This document shows, one piece after another, positions 52,441 to 64,000 of a DNA stretch of 64,000 nt (position 1 is its first letter; the number at the start of each line of letters is the position of its first letter). Below the pieces are notes generated by a model that did no database searches, was not told the origin of the DNA, and saw only the letters and a program-made list of their open reading frames with translations. The stretch is from Lama glama (lineage: Eukaryota), in assembly GCA_028534125.1 (NCBI GenBank), contig CM052816.1, positions 12,774,001-12,838,000 of the forward strand, in the 5' to 3' direction. The position numbers were made by a program, and so were the translations under genes.

Positions 52441-53351
52441 TTAACATACCATGATGGCTCACGTTTGTAGTGGTGGTGGTTGTCATTATGATTATGGCCA
52501 TGACTATTAGGCCCTGATGGTTTCAGAGGTTTCCTTCAGATGTGGACCACTTAAAATATTTTAGGCTAGGGTCAGAGACTTTTTACCTATACATCAATGA
52601 CTGGTATTGGTTGAACCAGTATGTATTCCAATATGTTAAATTCAAATAGAAAAATAGCCAAGCATCCAGCTGAGAACTCCTGGTGTTTAACATTACTAAG
52701 GAAAAAATATTAAGGTCATTAGTTTAAATTTTTTTAATGATATAAAACTATCATAAAACAATTTCCAAATAGTGTTTTTTTTTTTTTTAGCCCTTATAAC
52801 TGACATGCAGGTGTTCAATTGCTGTGAGTTGAAACTGTGGTGAGTTTATTAACCGGGCAGGTTTTTCTTTTTTTCTGTCATGAAAATAAAGTCGATTCTG
52901 TCTAATCATAACCAACCAGATTTAGGACTGTTTGCCAGTTTGGTCAGTTTGCCAAAGTCCTTCCTCATTTTGCACCCAGTGTTCTTCAAGTTCCAGCTGG
53001 CAACTGCAGCTTTGTTTGTTGACTTGTGGCATCACTGAACTTTTTTTCTGCTCCAGGAGTGGCTGAGGGAGTAGCACAAGGCACTCTGCTGTTGGCCTGG
53101 CATCACAGTAAGGCGTCATGGCCTGCCTTGCCTTCTGAGCGTCAGTTTTCACAGGGTAGCAGTGGAAAATCAAAATGAAGTTTAAAATTGAAAAGTGAAT
53201 CATATCGAGGGGGGAGTCAGCTCCCTGCAGTAGCTAAATTTTGAAGGCTATTTCTACCCATGTGGCATTAACCCCATGTATTTATGGCTAGGTACAGAGG
53301 CTGCATTTCTGTTGTGAATTTGTCAAAGAAATATTTTTACCATTAAGAATT

Positions 53352-54000
53352 GGTTACCATATGATCTGGCAATCCCACTCCTGGGCGTTTATCTGGAGAA
53401 AACTCAAATTTAAAGAGACACATGCACCCCAGTGTTTACAGCAGCACTGTTTACAATAGCCAAGACATGGAAGCAACCTCAATGTCCATTGACAGATGAA
53501 TGGGTAAAAAGGATGTGGTATATACACACAATGGAATACTACTCAGCCATAAAAAGAATGAAATAATGCCATTTGCAGCAACATGGGTGGACCTACAGAT
53601 TATCATATTAAGTGAAGTAAGTCAGACAAAGCCAAATATCATATGATGTCGTTTATATTTGGAATCTAAAAAAACCCCCCAATTTTATTTACAAACCAGA
53701 AATAGACTCACAGACACAGAAAACAAACTGTGCTTACCAGAGGGGAAAGAGACAGGGGAAGGGTAGGGTAGGAGTTTGGGATTAATAGATACATGTTACT
53801 ATATATAAAATAGATAAACAACAAGGACCTACTGTATAGCACAGGGAACTATATTCAATACCTTGTAATGAGCTGTACTGGAAAAAAAAACTGAGAAAGT
53901 ATATACGTATGTATGCATATAACTGAATCACTTTGCTGTGCACCTGAAACTAACACTGTAAATCGATTACACTTCAATAAAAGAAAAATAAAAACAAAAA
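53352..54000 (+). mobile_element. LINE-1 3' end, 5'-truncated
   Basis: ccatatgatctggcaatcccactcctggg; gcagcactgtttacaatagccaagacatggaagcaacc; caatggaatactactcagccataaaaag; acaaggacctactgtatagcacagggaact; aataaa + A-rich tail. Confidence 0.96.
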
Positions 54001-54299
54001 CAGAATGAGAACCAGCTGAAACACAAACCAAGTGTTCTAGTCACGATGCTTAATGTATGTGATCAGGGTTGATTCTCACAGATATATTGTAAGGGAAATT
54101 TGAAAGAAATGTGTAGATACATTTCCTCATAAACCATCAAGATAATTGAGGTAAAACTTGTCAAGTAGCTAAATGATACTATTATAGAATGTTGGCACTT
54201 TTTAACCTAAATCTTACATCCAGATCAGAACAGAAATGACCTCTATAATAACTACCCAGCATTTAGTTGAACATTTATTTCTATTTCTAATAAACTCGA

Positions 54300-54780
54300 C
54301 ACTTTATAAGCAGCCTCTACTCTTATGAGCCAGTGTCAGAAAGGTCATCCTTACATTAAGGTAGAATTTGTGGCTAAACAATTCTGTCCTGACTCTTCCC
54401 TCTGCCTCTCTGAGCTGGACTAAATATATATAATCCCTCTTTAATCTGATTTCCCCTCAAAAACCCTTTCCACAGATAATTACTGAATATTTATTTTATG
54501 CCAGGATGCAAGGAGCTGGGAGCATAAAACAGGTGGTCCTTGACCTCATGAGGTTTGAGGTTACTGCCTTATTTCAATCCAAGCCTCTTTTCGATGCTTA
54601 GCATCCCTGATTCCTTTCATTTCCCCCAGGTAACATTTATCTCTTGCCTCCAGGTCAGACACATAAAGCAAGAAACATAAAACTGCACACATTTCTCAAG
54701 ATGTGATTTGACTAATGCAGAGTACAGCAGCATTATCACCCACCTCATCCTCACATCGGTGTTAACCGTGAACGCGGGCC
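54300..54780 (-). mobile_element. L3/CR1 LINE relic, interrupted by an L2 3' fragment (about 54475-54570)
   Basis: ORF 54617-54829 contains VIMLLYSALVKSHLEKCVQF, matching the CR1 ORF2 motif [21 protein letters not shown]; agaaaggtcatccttac...ccctctg...taatccctctt resembles antisense L3 3' region. Confidence 0.8.
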
Positions 54781-55282
54781 TCATGCACAGCTGAGTGCTC
54801 GATGAATATTTATGAAAGGCCCTGGACACTCCACTCCTTCTCCTGTGGTCTCGATGGTTTGGGTTCTCCTGCTAACTTCTCCTAGTGGATATAATCATGG
54901 ATGATGTGCATGATTAAAACAAATGCTTGGGGAGTAAAGAACTACATATGAATTAGAAATTTACTTCTTAAAGAAGAAATTAAATCTACCTTACAAGATA
55001 ACTAGGAAAATATTTGCATTTAAATGAGTCTTTCGTCACAGTAAAGGAAAGTTTTTAATCTAAATGATTACTGTTTTCATCTGAAATAATGAAGTTCTCC
55101 CTGCACTGGTATGCGATTCAGGATAGATTTTGTCTACTCTGTTGACTGCACGTGGTTGTACTGAACTTAGTTGATCAAGTGGAAGAGAAATTGTTTTAAT
55201 CGCTCATCTCACTTTGGATCTAGGCGTTAGGAAACGCTATGTTAACATACGCTCTTAACGTTTAGAACCCACTCTGTTAGAC

Positions 55283-55324
55283 CACACACACACACACACA
55301 CACACACTCTCTCACACACACACA
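55283..55324. repeat. (CA)n(CT)n(CA)n compound microsatellite
   Basis: Direct read. Confidence 0.95.
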
Positions 55325-55716
55325 GTATTGGATCTAGCATTCTTTCTAGGCAGTACTTTCCAAGCTCAATTATGTTTCAAAAAGTAATCCTCAAAGAGGA
55401 CAGAGACCTCCAGTGTAAAGGCATTTATTTGCAAATGCCACATTTGATTGTGACTAGCAGTTAAAGGCAGACAAGTGTGAAAAAGGTCTTTGCTGTAGTA
55501 ATATGTTTCTCTTGCTGGTCTCACCAAAAGACCCCTCTTTTCCTTCTCAGTTGCCTGGAGCATCAACCATCTATATTTAATTCACCCTTCTCATATTCCC
55601 CAAACAATAGTATTAAAACTAGTGAATCTCAGCTTTTCCAAATGTAATATTTATGTTCATGATTCTTACCCACAAGCTTATGAGCTTTTCTTTCTATGGT
55701 GAAACTTAGCCTCTTT

Positions 55717-55860
55717 TTTGTTTGCTTGTTTTCATGTTCTTTTCCATCATAGCTTACTACAAGATATTGAATGTAGTTCCCTGTGCTGTACAGCGTAAAC
55801 TTGTTGTCTATCTATTTTATGTGTAGTAGTTAGTACCTGCAAATCTCGAACTCCCAATTT
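55717..55860 (-). mobile_element. Very short L1 3'UTR insertion with TSD
   Basis: caagatattgaatgtagttccctgtgctgtacag...tctattttatgtgtagtagttagtacctgcaaatctcgaactcccaattt, homologous to about 44450-44580; TSD CTTAGCCTCTTT (55705-16)/CTTAGCTTCTTT (55861-72). Confidence 0.88.
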
Positions 55861-57005
55861 CTTAGCTTCTTTAGAATCTCCAAATCGTGTTTTATCTTAT
55901 TCTCTGATTGCAGTAGTATTGATGACATCTTACAATACAGTGTCTTATAGGCTTTTTAAACAGCATGTGGACTCTACAAATCATTTGCAAATAGGCAGAA
56001 TCAGTACTAGATCACCCACCAGGATCCGCTAAACATCTCTCAGTCAGTTGAATTGGTGGTAGACTCTTATCGAGGGCAATTTGAACTAACTTTCACGTGG
56101 TATGATCAGCCCATCCATTACCAAATCTTTCGAAGCCCCTGGTCATCAGCGACTATTAAGATGCTCTCGATTAAGTGGGCTGGCCGAATCAAAGTCCGCT
56201 CGTAGACTGCTTGTAGAACCTCTCTGGGCTGAAATGGCACAATTTCACAACCCAGAAGCCACTGCTGGGAAAGATGGGGAATGAAATGAGCCCTTGTGCT
56301 GGGATTCTGACCTCTTGGTAGACTAGTCCTTGAGAAATAATGATTAAGCACAGGGACCATTGTATGGAAGGAACTGTAGGTCCGAGAGCCGGGCAAAGAG
56401 CCGGGTCAGCGGTGAACCTCCATCTATTAGACGCTGATCATCAAAATCATCATTTTGGGCAATAATTGGTCAAAACAGACAAAGTAAAATTATTTTGAGT
56501 TACAGAAAAGATTTTTCAGTGATAAAAGACTGTTTTTAACGTTTCTTTTAAAAGTGTTGAACGGTTTTTGTCTCCCCAGCTTAGAGCTTGGTTATTCCGA
56601 ATGCCCGAGAACTTCTTATTCTGCTTTTGGTTTTCCTTGCACACCCTGTTCTATCAGAGTAATATTTTAAATTAGCTTGTGTTACCTCACCTCTAAAAGT
56701 TCAACTTCATTTGAGAGATAAGACAAAATAGCTTCCTTATTTTACCTTTCTTCTTTCCACTTTGATTCTCTTTTTAAATTCCCTTCTGTGTGCAACTGCT
56801 GCCTGTCACAGGCAAGTGATAACTCTTATCATGTGAGAAAGAGGATGAATGTCATTTCCGGTAAATTTGAATTCAGGCAAATACACTTTGCTTTTGAAGC
56901 GGGCTGTCCGCATGACTAAGTGCTTCAGACAGAGTCTCACACCGACGCTGGCGCCGACAGTGACTGAGGGTGTGCTTGGGTGGGAGGGAAGAACCAGGAG
57001 ACTCA

Positions 57006-57505
57006 NNNNNNNNNNNNNNNNNNNNNNNNNNNNNNNNNNNNNNNNNNNNNNNNNNNNNNNNNNNNNNNNNNNNNNNNNNNNNNNNNNNNNNNNNNNNNNN
57101 NNNNNNNNNNNNNNNNNNNNNNNNNNNNNNNNNNNNNNNNNNNNNNNNNNNNNNNNNNNNNNNNNNNNNNNNNNNNNNNNNNNNNNNNNNNNNNNNNNNN
57201 NNNNNNNNNNNNNNNNNNNNNNNNNNNNNNNNNNNNNNNNNNNNNNNNNNNNNNNNNNNNNNNNNNNNNNNNNNNNNNNNNNNNNNNNNNNNNNNNNNNN
57301 NNNNNNNNNNNNNNNNNNNNNNNNNNNNNNNNNNNNNNNNNNNNNNNNNNNNNNNNNNNNNNNNNNNNNNNNNNNNNNNNNNNNNNNNNNNNNNNNNNNN
57401 NNNNNNNNNNNNNNNNNNNNNNNNNNNNNNNNNNNNNNNNNNNNNNNNNNNNNNNNNNNNNNNNNNNNNNNNNNNNNNNNNNNNNNNNNNNNNNNNNNNN
57501 NNNNN
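57006..57505. other. Assembly gap (500 N)
   Basis: Exactly 500 N followed by T10. Confidence 0.99.
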
Positions 57506-57949
57506 TTTTTTTTTTCAATCTGATACCTGAAGTAGAAACGCATATTTTCTGCCTCTACCTGTGACAGCCGAGTCTGAGTATTTAAAACACACTGGGTTTA
57601 TATTACACTCTCAGATTCCATGGGGTATATCAATTCTGTGGTCTGTATCAAACCGCCATCAAAACGCACGCATACCTGAGGACATCATGGGCTGTTAACT
57701 GCACGATGTAATGCATGAACTTATTCCTGCCTCTCTGCTCTGCTTGGCTATCTGGGAGGAAGTCAGTTGAACGGCTGGGTCGCACACTACGTGGAAACCT
57801 GGGTAAGATAACACTAGCTTCCGCCTCCCCAGAACTGGTCCAGGGATTTGGGTACCCTTGTTGCTGGATGGACACACGCACTACGGCTTCCTCCCCTGCC
57901 CCCCTCTTAGAGCCAGTGCTTCCTGAGAGCAGCACAGGAATTCTGTCCT

Positions 57950-58410
57950 AAAAGCGGGCGAAGGGAAGGGGACACAGCGCGCAGTGCCGCCCCCAGCCTT
58001 GCTTTTTAAATCTCTCCCACGTGTGTATCCCACGGCCTCTTCCCTCCAACTCCGCCACCTCCCGGATCCAGGCCCCTCTGTCTATTCCCTGCACTGCAGT
58101 CTATGAGAGCATTTCAAATGCAAATATTATCCGGTCATTTCCCTGCTTAAAACCCCTCAGGGGGTTCCTATTACTCTAAGGATTAAGTTCAGACTCCTGT
58201 AAGTGACCCCGCAGACCCTTCCTCACCCGAAGCCTTCCCGCTGCAGAGCCTGGTCCCCATGCCTCCGCGTCGCGCAGGCGCACTGCCCAACTTTTCCGCC
58301 CTCATCCCGACTCAGGGCGCTCAACAGCCTGGTCTCTCTAGTTTCCTGCGCCTCAACTTACTCCTCGCTAGCGCCGCCTACAGGCCTCAATTTGGTCGTT
58401 TTTGCTTCGT
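57950..58410. promoter_or_regulatory. CpG-rich candidate regulatory element (GC boxes, NRF1-like and CTCF-like motifs)
   Basis: About 27 CpG in about 455 bp by hand count; GCGCAGGCGCA 58272-82; TAGCGCCGCCTACAGGCC 58369-86; several CCGCCC. Confidence 0.5.
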
Positions 58411-58700
58411 TTAAATGTTCTCAAGATGGACTCCCAGACCAGATTCCGTGTCCCCCTGCCCACCACTTTGCAATCTCTATTTCTTCTTTGAAGTTCTTAT
58501 CACAGGTGCAATTACTGAGGCATGTGATTTGCTAAATGTCCATTTCCTGCACCAGAATGTAAGCACCGCGACCATTTCTGGTTTACCTCTTTGTTCTCAG
58601 CTCTTAGCACAACTCCGATTTGGTTCAACACCCAGCACGTGCGCACAGCTTCTCCCTATGCTCGACGAGAATTTCTAAGTGGATGTTTGAGTTACTGAAG
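58060..58700 (+). mobile_element. L2 3' relic
   Basis: ctgcactgcag...tttcaaatgcaaat...tcatttccctgcttaaaacccctcaggggg; ccagaatgtaagc; cccagcacgtgcgcacag...gctcgacgagaatt. Confidence 0.65.
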
Positions 58701-60559
58701 GCTTGGGAGAATGAACTGTGTGTCCTGAGAGGAGCCTCTGCCTGCTCTCCCTGGTCCAGACTCGGCAGGTAGGACTCTCTTCCATGGACTTGGTTACTGG
58801 ACCAAGTTTGCGTCATGATGCGGTAGTCCTAGGTGGAGCCTGGCAGAGGGCAATTTCATGTTCTGACCACTCTCAGAGATCTTTTCACGGAGCCCACCCA
58901 CACCCTCAGCTGTGGTCTGATGGTGAGCACCCTTCTGGAAATCCTCATCTCCCCGACACCACAGACTATGCAAGATTCTGATTTTTTTCCTCCACTGCAC
59001 TTAGCTCAGAGATTTGCACACAGCAGATGCATAAAAATGTTTAGTGAATATGTAATAAAATACACAAGCGGTTGTTTTTCTGTACCCTGTGAGGACTCTG
59101 AATAGCAATTCATCCTCTTGGCCCTGCACTACTCACGTTTTTGGGTCTCCGTTACTAACCTGTTAACCTTCTCCCTTTCAAGTCAGGCATTAAACAGACC
59201 CACTGTCTTCCTCTTATTGATTCAGCTACAATGTTTCTGAAGCACTTTTACTGCTTGGGCAGAAAGGGACAATATTTTAAAATATGGTTATTGTGAATAT
59301 TTTTATTTTGCTTTCAACTCTCCTTGAATATAAGTTCTTAGAGCAAATACTGTAAGTACATTGAATATAAATTTCAAAAATTATTACAATTTCAAGACAA
59401 TTTCTTACTGATTTCTAATCATTCCTACTTGTATTCATGTTTATTTTTTGATTCAGTTAGTGGCATTCCATTCTCAACTAAGCCACCTAATGATGTGAAA
59501 GAATCAAAAACCCGTAGAAGCTCAAATATTAAGAAACTCAGGTTAAAACATATTTATGTCCCACGTATTTAAACACCATAATAACTGTGATGATAGACAG
59601 CATTTACATGGGATTGTATAAATCAAAAGAAATATGGGCTGTCTTAAATCATTGTGAAAAGTCATGGCTTAAAAAGTGCGTTTTAGACTCCATCAACTAT
59701 CTTGTATTTGACATTAAAAAAAAAGTTCTTGACTGGGCATAATTCCTATACAGTCATTTTCCAAAGTGAAGAGTAAAAAATGAACTAAAGTTGGAGAGGG
59801 GAAAATGCAAAAATAAAATGAAAGTATAGAAGTGATTCAGTGTGAGTTCACACACACACACACCCTCCTCTCACCGTGGATAAGATCTGATCCCAAACCT
59901 CAACACATCACATTCACCAGGAGCTGTGCTAAGTTCTGTCTGCTTTCGGCTGGAATCTGGGAGAAACTCTGCTCTTTTTCTGTTTTATTCACATAAGCCA
60001 TGGCAGACCTCAAAAGGAACCCAGGAAACTCCAAACCTGAACTTGCACTGAAAGAGGCAGAATGAAAAAACTTTTTTTTTTTCCACAAAGATTCAGGAAA
60101 CCAAAAGAACCATTTATATAACAGGGTTCAAATTCTGCTTTCTTCTCGTGTTCATCCCTGCTGCCGGGGCTTGCTTGCAGCATGCAAGCTGTCATCACGG
60201 CCACGTTCTCATTACCCTGAGAGCCGAGTGTGGACCTTTGACATAAAGGAGACCGCTAACCTGCTCAAGGTGCCCCCTCGATGGCAATTCATGGCATAGC
60301 ACTTGACATTGGTTCGCGGTTTGATAAGATGTGTGCTGCAGCATGCAAGTTACAGTAATGTATGCAGGGATCACAGCACTTTAATTGGGAAAAGCAAGGT
60401 TGTCCTTATTAGAGAAGCTCTGTCACTGGCCCTTTAAATCGAAGAATAACCGCTCTGTCAAATGGAGCCCGGGAGCAGTAAATCATTATCCTCCGAGTGT
60501 CTCTGCTGTCTACGCGCCAGAAAATGATTCCCGGAGAAAGCACAAAAGGGAACGGTTAT

Positions 60560-60715
60560 AGAGAGTGCTTACTACACAAGCGCTGAGTGCTTTATGAGCC
60601 TTTTCTCATTCAGTTCCACCACTGCTAGTAGATTTCCAGTGTCCCTGTTTCACAAATGAGTAAACTGAGGCTCAGTTCAATAACTTGCCTAAATTGACCC
60701 CTAGAACAGTGCTTG
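60560..60715 (-). mobile_element. MIR SINE
   Basis: gcgctgagtgcttta...tctcattcagtt...ccctgtttcacaaatgagtaaactgaggctcag. Confidence 0.75.
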
Positions 60716-61074
60716 GTATACAATGAGCACTCCAACATTTACAGAAGGGGGAAAAAAAAGGGAGGGAGGGAGGAAAAAATCAGGCAAGACCTTTATTGTC
60801 ATCAAAATCACAAGAGAGGAAAGTCTAGCCCAGAGCAACTGTGGTGGGATCGAAGAGGAGCAGAGAGATTCTTTTGACACCTGAAGAAGTAACATTATAA
60901 CATTAATGAGAACAAATACTTCTTTAATACCCGCTATGTGCCAGGCACTGTTCAGTTTCACTTATGTTAACATACATTCAGTTTTACTTAATGATATCAA
61001 CTGACTTTTACTTATTTGTTACTTACATTCACACTTAAGCCTTACAATGACTCCATTTTATAAATTAGGTCAAA

Positions 61075-61300
61075 TGTCTTAGGTCAGGTTCCTTAGACAC
61101 AGAGCCTGAGACAGGTCTTCTTGTGCAAGTGATTTCCTGAGGGAGGGAGAGAAGCGAGGAATCTTGTGAGAATCTTGGTGCACGAGTAAGACCACAGGTG
61201 GAACAGATGGGAGGCCTGGGGGCTGGGTGTTTATACCCTCCATCGTCAGTCATTGGCTGCAGGCATTCACGGGGTCCACGACATCAAGGGATGCGCCTAA
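61075..61300 (-). mobile_element. ERVL LTR fragment (LTR16-like)
   Basis: tgtcttaggtcaggttccttagacacagagcctgagacag...tgtgcaagtgatt; tttataccc...tcagtcattggctg. Confidence 0.6.
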
Positions 61301-61509
61301 GTCGCCTGGCTGGGGCCAGGGCCCTTAAACTTGCTGGCCACGATGCGTCACCTTCTCTAACCTTATCCTCTGATTACGTCTCGTCTCAGGATTGTTTCAG
61401 AAATCCATTGCTCAGGTTTTGCGCCTTCTGCATGAGTGGGATGAGATGCCAGGAGCAGATAAGAGAGGCAGTGCATTGAATCAGGGAGGCCAGGGTGAGA
61501 GGCAGGGTT

Positions 61510-61990
61510 TTCTTCTTGAAACATAGATCCCAGTCATGTTAATCCTGTTGTGAAAAACAGTAGCAGTTCCCCCCTCCCTACAGAATAAATAGCTTTACTC
61601 CTTAGAATGGTTTCCAAATGTCACCAAAATCTGACTCCAGCCCACTGACTACCTGCTCCAGATACAGCCGCATCCTTTAGGTCCTGCCGCATTGACCCAC
61701 TCACCAGTCCTTGAACGTGCCCTGTCTTCCCTCACACTGTCCCTTCTGAGGGTGATGCCTTTTCTTGTACCACTTCCTCCCATGCTCTCCTCCTCGTCAC
61801 TGTTGGAAATTCTACTTCCTCTGCAAAGCCCAGCTCCAATGCCACCTCTTCCTTCACTGCAGCTTTCCTCCGTGTCCTCATTCGGAATGATGATCTTTGT
61901 TTTCTGCCCCCTGAGTGATTTCTGCAGGTACTTCTCATGCAGGTACCACAGTCTGCCTTCCTCAATAAAGATGCATTTCCTCACTGGATG
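61510..61990 (+). mobile_element. L2 fragment
   Basis: cctacagaataaa...actccttagaatgg; ccagtccttgaacgtgcc; caaagcccagctccaatgccacctctt. Confidence 0.65.
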
Positions 61991-62009
61991 GAAGAATTCT
62001 TAAAGCAGT

Positions 62010-62530
62010 AAAAGAATTCGGGCTCTTCTAGTTGTAAATAATAGAAACTCAACACAAACTAGCTTATACTCGGATATTTTGTTGGTTCTCAGAACGCGGA
62101 AGTTGAGATGAGCGGCGGGCCCCAGACGTGGCTGAATCCAAGAACTGAAATCACGTGAGGCTTCCCTCTCTCGGCTTTGGCTCTGATGATACATATGGTC
62201 ACAGCAGTGTTGGTATTACCATCGTCACAGCGAGTTCCCAGCGAAAGAGGTGAGCTGTTTCCCCAGCAACCACAGGAATCTTTATAGCGAGCGATTCCAA
62301 ATCAAGAGAATGAAACTCTCTCCCCAGGGCCCTGTTGGTGCTGCATCCATCAGTGCCCACTTTTGGAACAGCTGGGTTGGGTCTGAGTCATAGGTATCCT
62401 CATTGGGTCGTGTCTCCACTTCCATTTATATTAATGACTTTACCAAAATCACTTGGATGGATTACCTAGTGGGAAAGGGAGGTTCTGCTACCAGAGCACA
62501 GAGATGATTGACAAGCAAAATCAGCAGATG
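62010..62530 (-). mobile_element. Old MaLR LTR (MLT1K-like)
   Basis: ctcttctagttgtaaataatagaaactcaacacaaactagctta...ttgttggttctcagaac...ggttctgctaccagag. Confidence 0.6.
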
Positions 62531-64000
62531 CCCACGCCAGCTGTGAATATCATTACCCCTGAAGACGAAGGGGTCGGGGACATCGCCAAGAGCAAGGAAA
62601 AAGGAGAGAATGAATAAATGAAGGATATTGAGAGAAGGCAGTGGAAAGGGACCCAGGGCTGTTTGACCAATCAGCAGCTTTGGTCTGGAGGAAACTGGAG
62701 GAGTAAGCCTGAGGTCTGTAGAGCAGTGTCCTTGGGGAGTTCTTGCTCTGCAGAGGAGCAATAAAAAGCTACGCCTTGTTTGGAGACAAGTTTTCTTACT
62801 TTGCAGGGCTTCACAATGAGGAATCTCATAAAACTTTATGGATATAGGAAGAAAAGTCAGAGAGACTTCAGCTTTAACAAGCAGTTAAAATATATTCTCT
62901 TCAATCCTTTAGGAAACTAATAAAAATTGCAAGTGCTCAGAAAGGCAGGAGAGGAGTACGTTAATGTTTTTCCCTTGTTATTAAGCTTTGACTAACCTTT
63001 AAAAAAGAAAAAAACAAAACAAAGCAAGCAGTTCATGAAATCATGATTAATAATAATCATCATCATGATTATTTTCTGTCTAAGGTTTACTTTTGCCATC
63101 TTGAGTTTTGCTTTTCTCTTTAAAGACTTCCAATTTTTTTCCCCAATGTCAAGGCAGTTTTGTCTTTGTCTTAATGTATCATCAGCATTGAAACAATGTT
63201 CTTAGTCACACTGGGATGCGGACACAGGAAAGGAAAAGCTGAGCATTTGTACACAAAGCTGACACTGGTCTTCAGCCTCACAAGCAAGATGCTCAGAGCT
63301 GTTTTCTGAGGAGAAGAGACATAGTCAACCCAGCCTCCCAGGATGAAGCAAACTCATTCAGGACACAGACCACTAGAGGAAGATGTTTTCATCACGGGTT
63401 AATTGGTTATATGCATCCCGCTTGCAATTTGGCCCCATCACCTTCATTATACAAATTTATAAGTGTCAGCCCTGCATAATTAATTCATTCACCTTCTCCC
63501 TGCCGTCGTGATGCAGTGGTGCTGGACAGTCTCTCTCTGGTTTTACCACTACAGGTTGTTTTCTAGGTGGATAAAATGCTGTCCTCAGCCTCCATTGTAG
63601 CAAAAGTGAAAAAGAGAGAAAGGCTTGAGAAGTAAGGCTGCTCAAGAGAAAAGAGACTGGATTGAGCACACACTCTGGCCACTTTGAGAACCAAGACACA
63701 CTCATACCCAATAATTTTAGAACGTCAGGGTGCCAGAGTGTTTTTAACAGACTGCACACATGTAATTTGTCACTCTCAGTTCTAATCAGCTAAGACTAGA
63801 CTGAAGTAGAAATGCAGGCAAAAGCAGAATTTCTATATGCAAATTAAAATGAAAAGGAGGCATAATACCGCACATATTAGGAGTAGAACACGCATCGCCA
63901 ATTTTAAATACAGATCAAACAAAGAAACCCCCTGAAGCCTTATCAGCAATGTCATTGAGAGTAATGAGGCATTAACGGAAATAGTGATCAGTAAATAATG

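Noticed and set aside
52922..53203. 93-aa ORF with a hydrophobic, signal-peptide-like N-terminus
   Set aside because: Hydrophobicity comes from T-rich sequence; no recognisable family, splice structure or promoter support
56806..57564. Long ORFs spanning the N run
   Set aside because: Artefacts of translating 500 N
60268..60286. CTCF-like GTGCCCCCTCGATGGC (also weak hits near 1692-1710 and 32335-32352)
   Set aside because: Spacing or core positions deviate from the CTCF consensus
1..64000. Prokaryotic-type systems, NUMT, rRNA, intact ERV or horizontally transferred insert
   Set aside because: No gene-dense segment, repeat-spacer array, mitochondrial or rRNA-like sequence, or gag/pol/env ORF seen; mammalian repeats are spread across the whole window

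Overview
Non-coding mammalian genomic DNA, almost certainly from a camelid (camel/alpaca/llama lineage), because it carries four tRNA-Ala-derived vic-1-type SINEs. It looks like intronic or intergenic sequence. It is dense in interspersed repeats: ancient MIR, L2, L3/CR1, L1M, MaLR (MLT1), ERVL-type LTRs and hAT/Tigger DNA elements, plus four younger artiodactyl-type L1 3' ends. It also has several microsatellites and one 500-N scaffold gap (57006-57505). I found no credible protein-coding gene, RNA gene, CRISPR array or foreign insert; the supplied ORFs are chance frames or decayed repeat fragments. Repeat family names come from my recognition of consensus motifs, not from a database search, and boundaries without target-site duplications (TSDs) are approximate. 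The best leads are: a CpG-rich patch with NRF1, GC-box and CTCF-like motifs inside an L2 relic near 58 kb; several repeat-free, motif-dense candidate enhancers; a TSD-flanked L1 insertion missing its 3' terminus; a probable template-switch hairpin; and inverted SINE and L1 pairs. I see no evidence of a new biological system.
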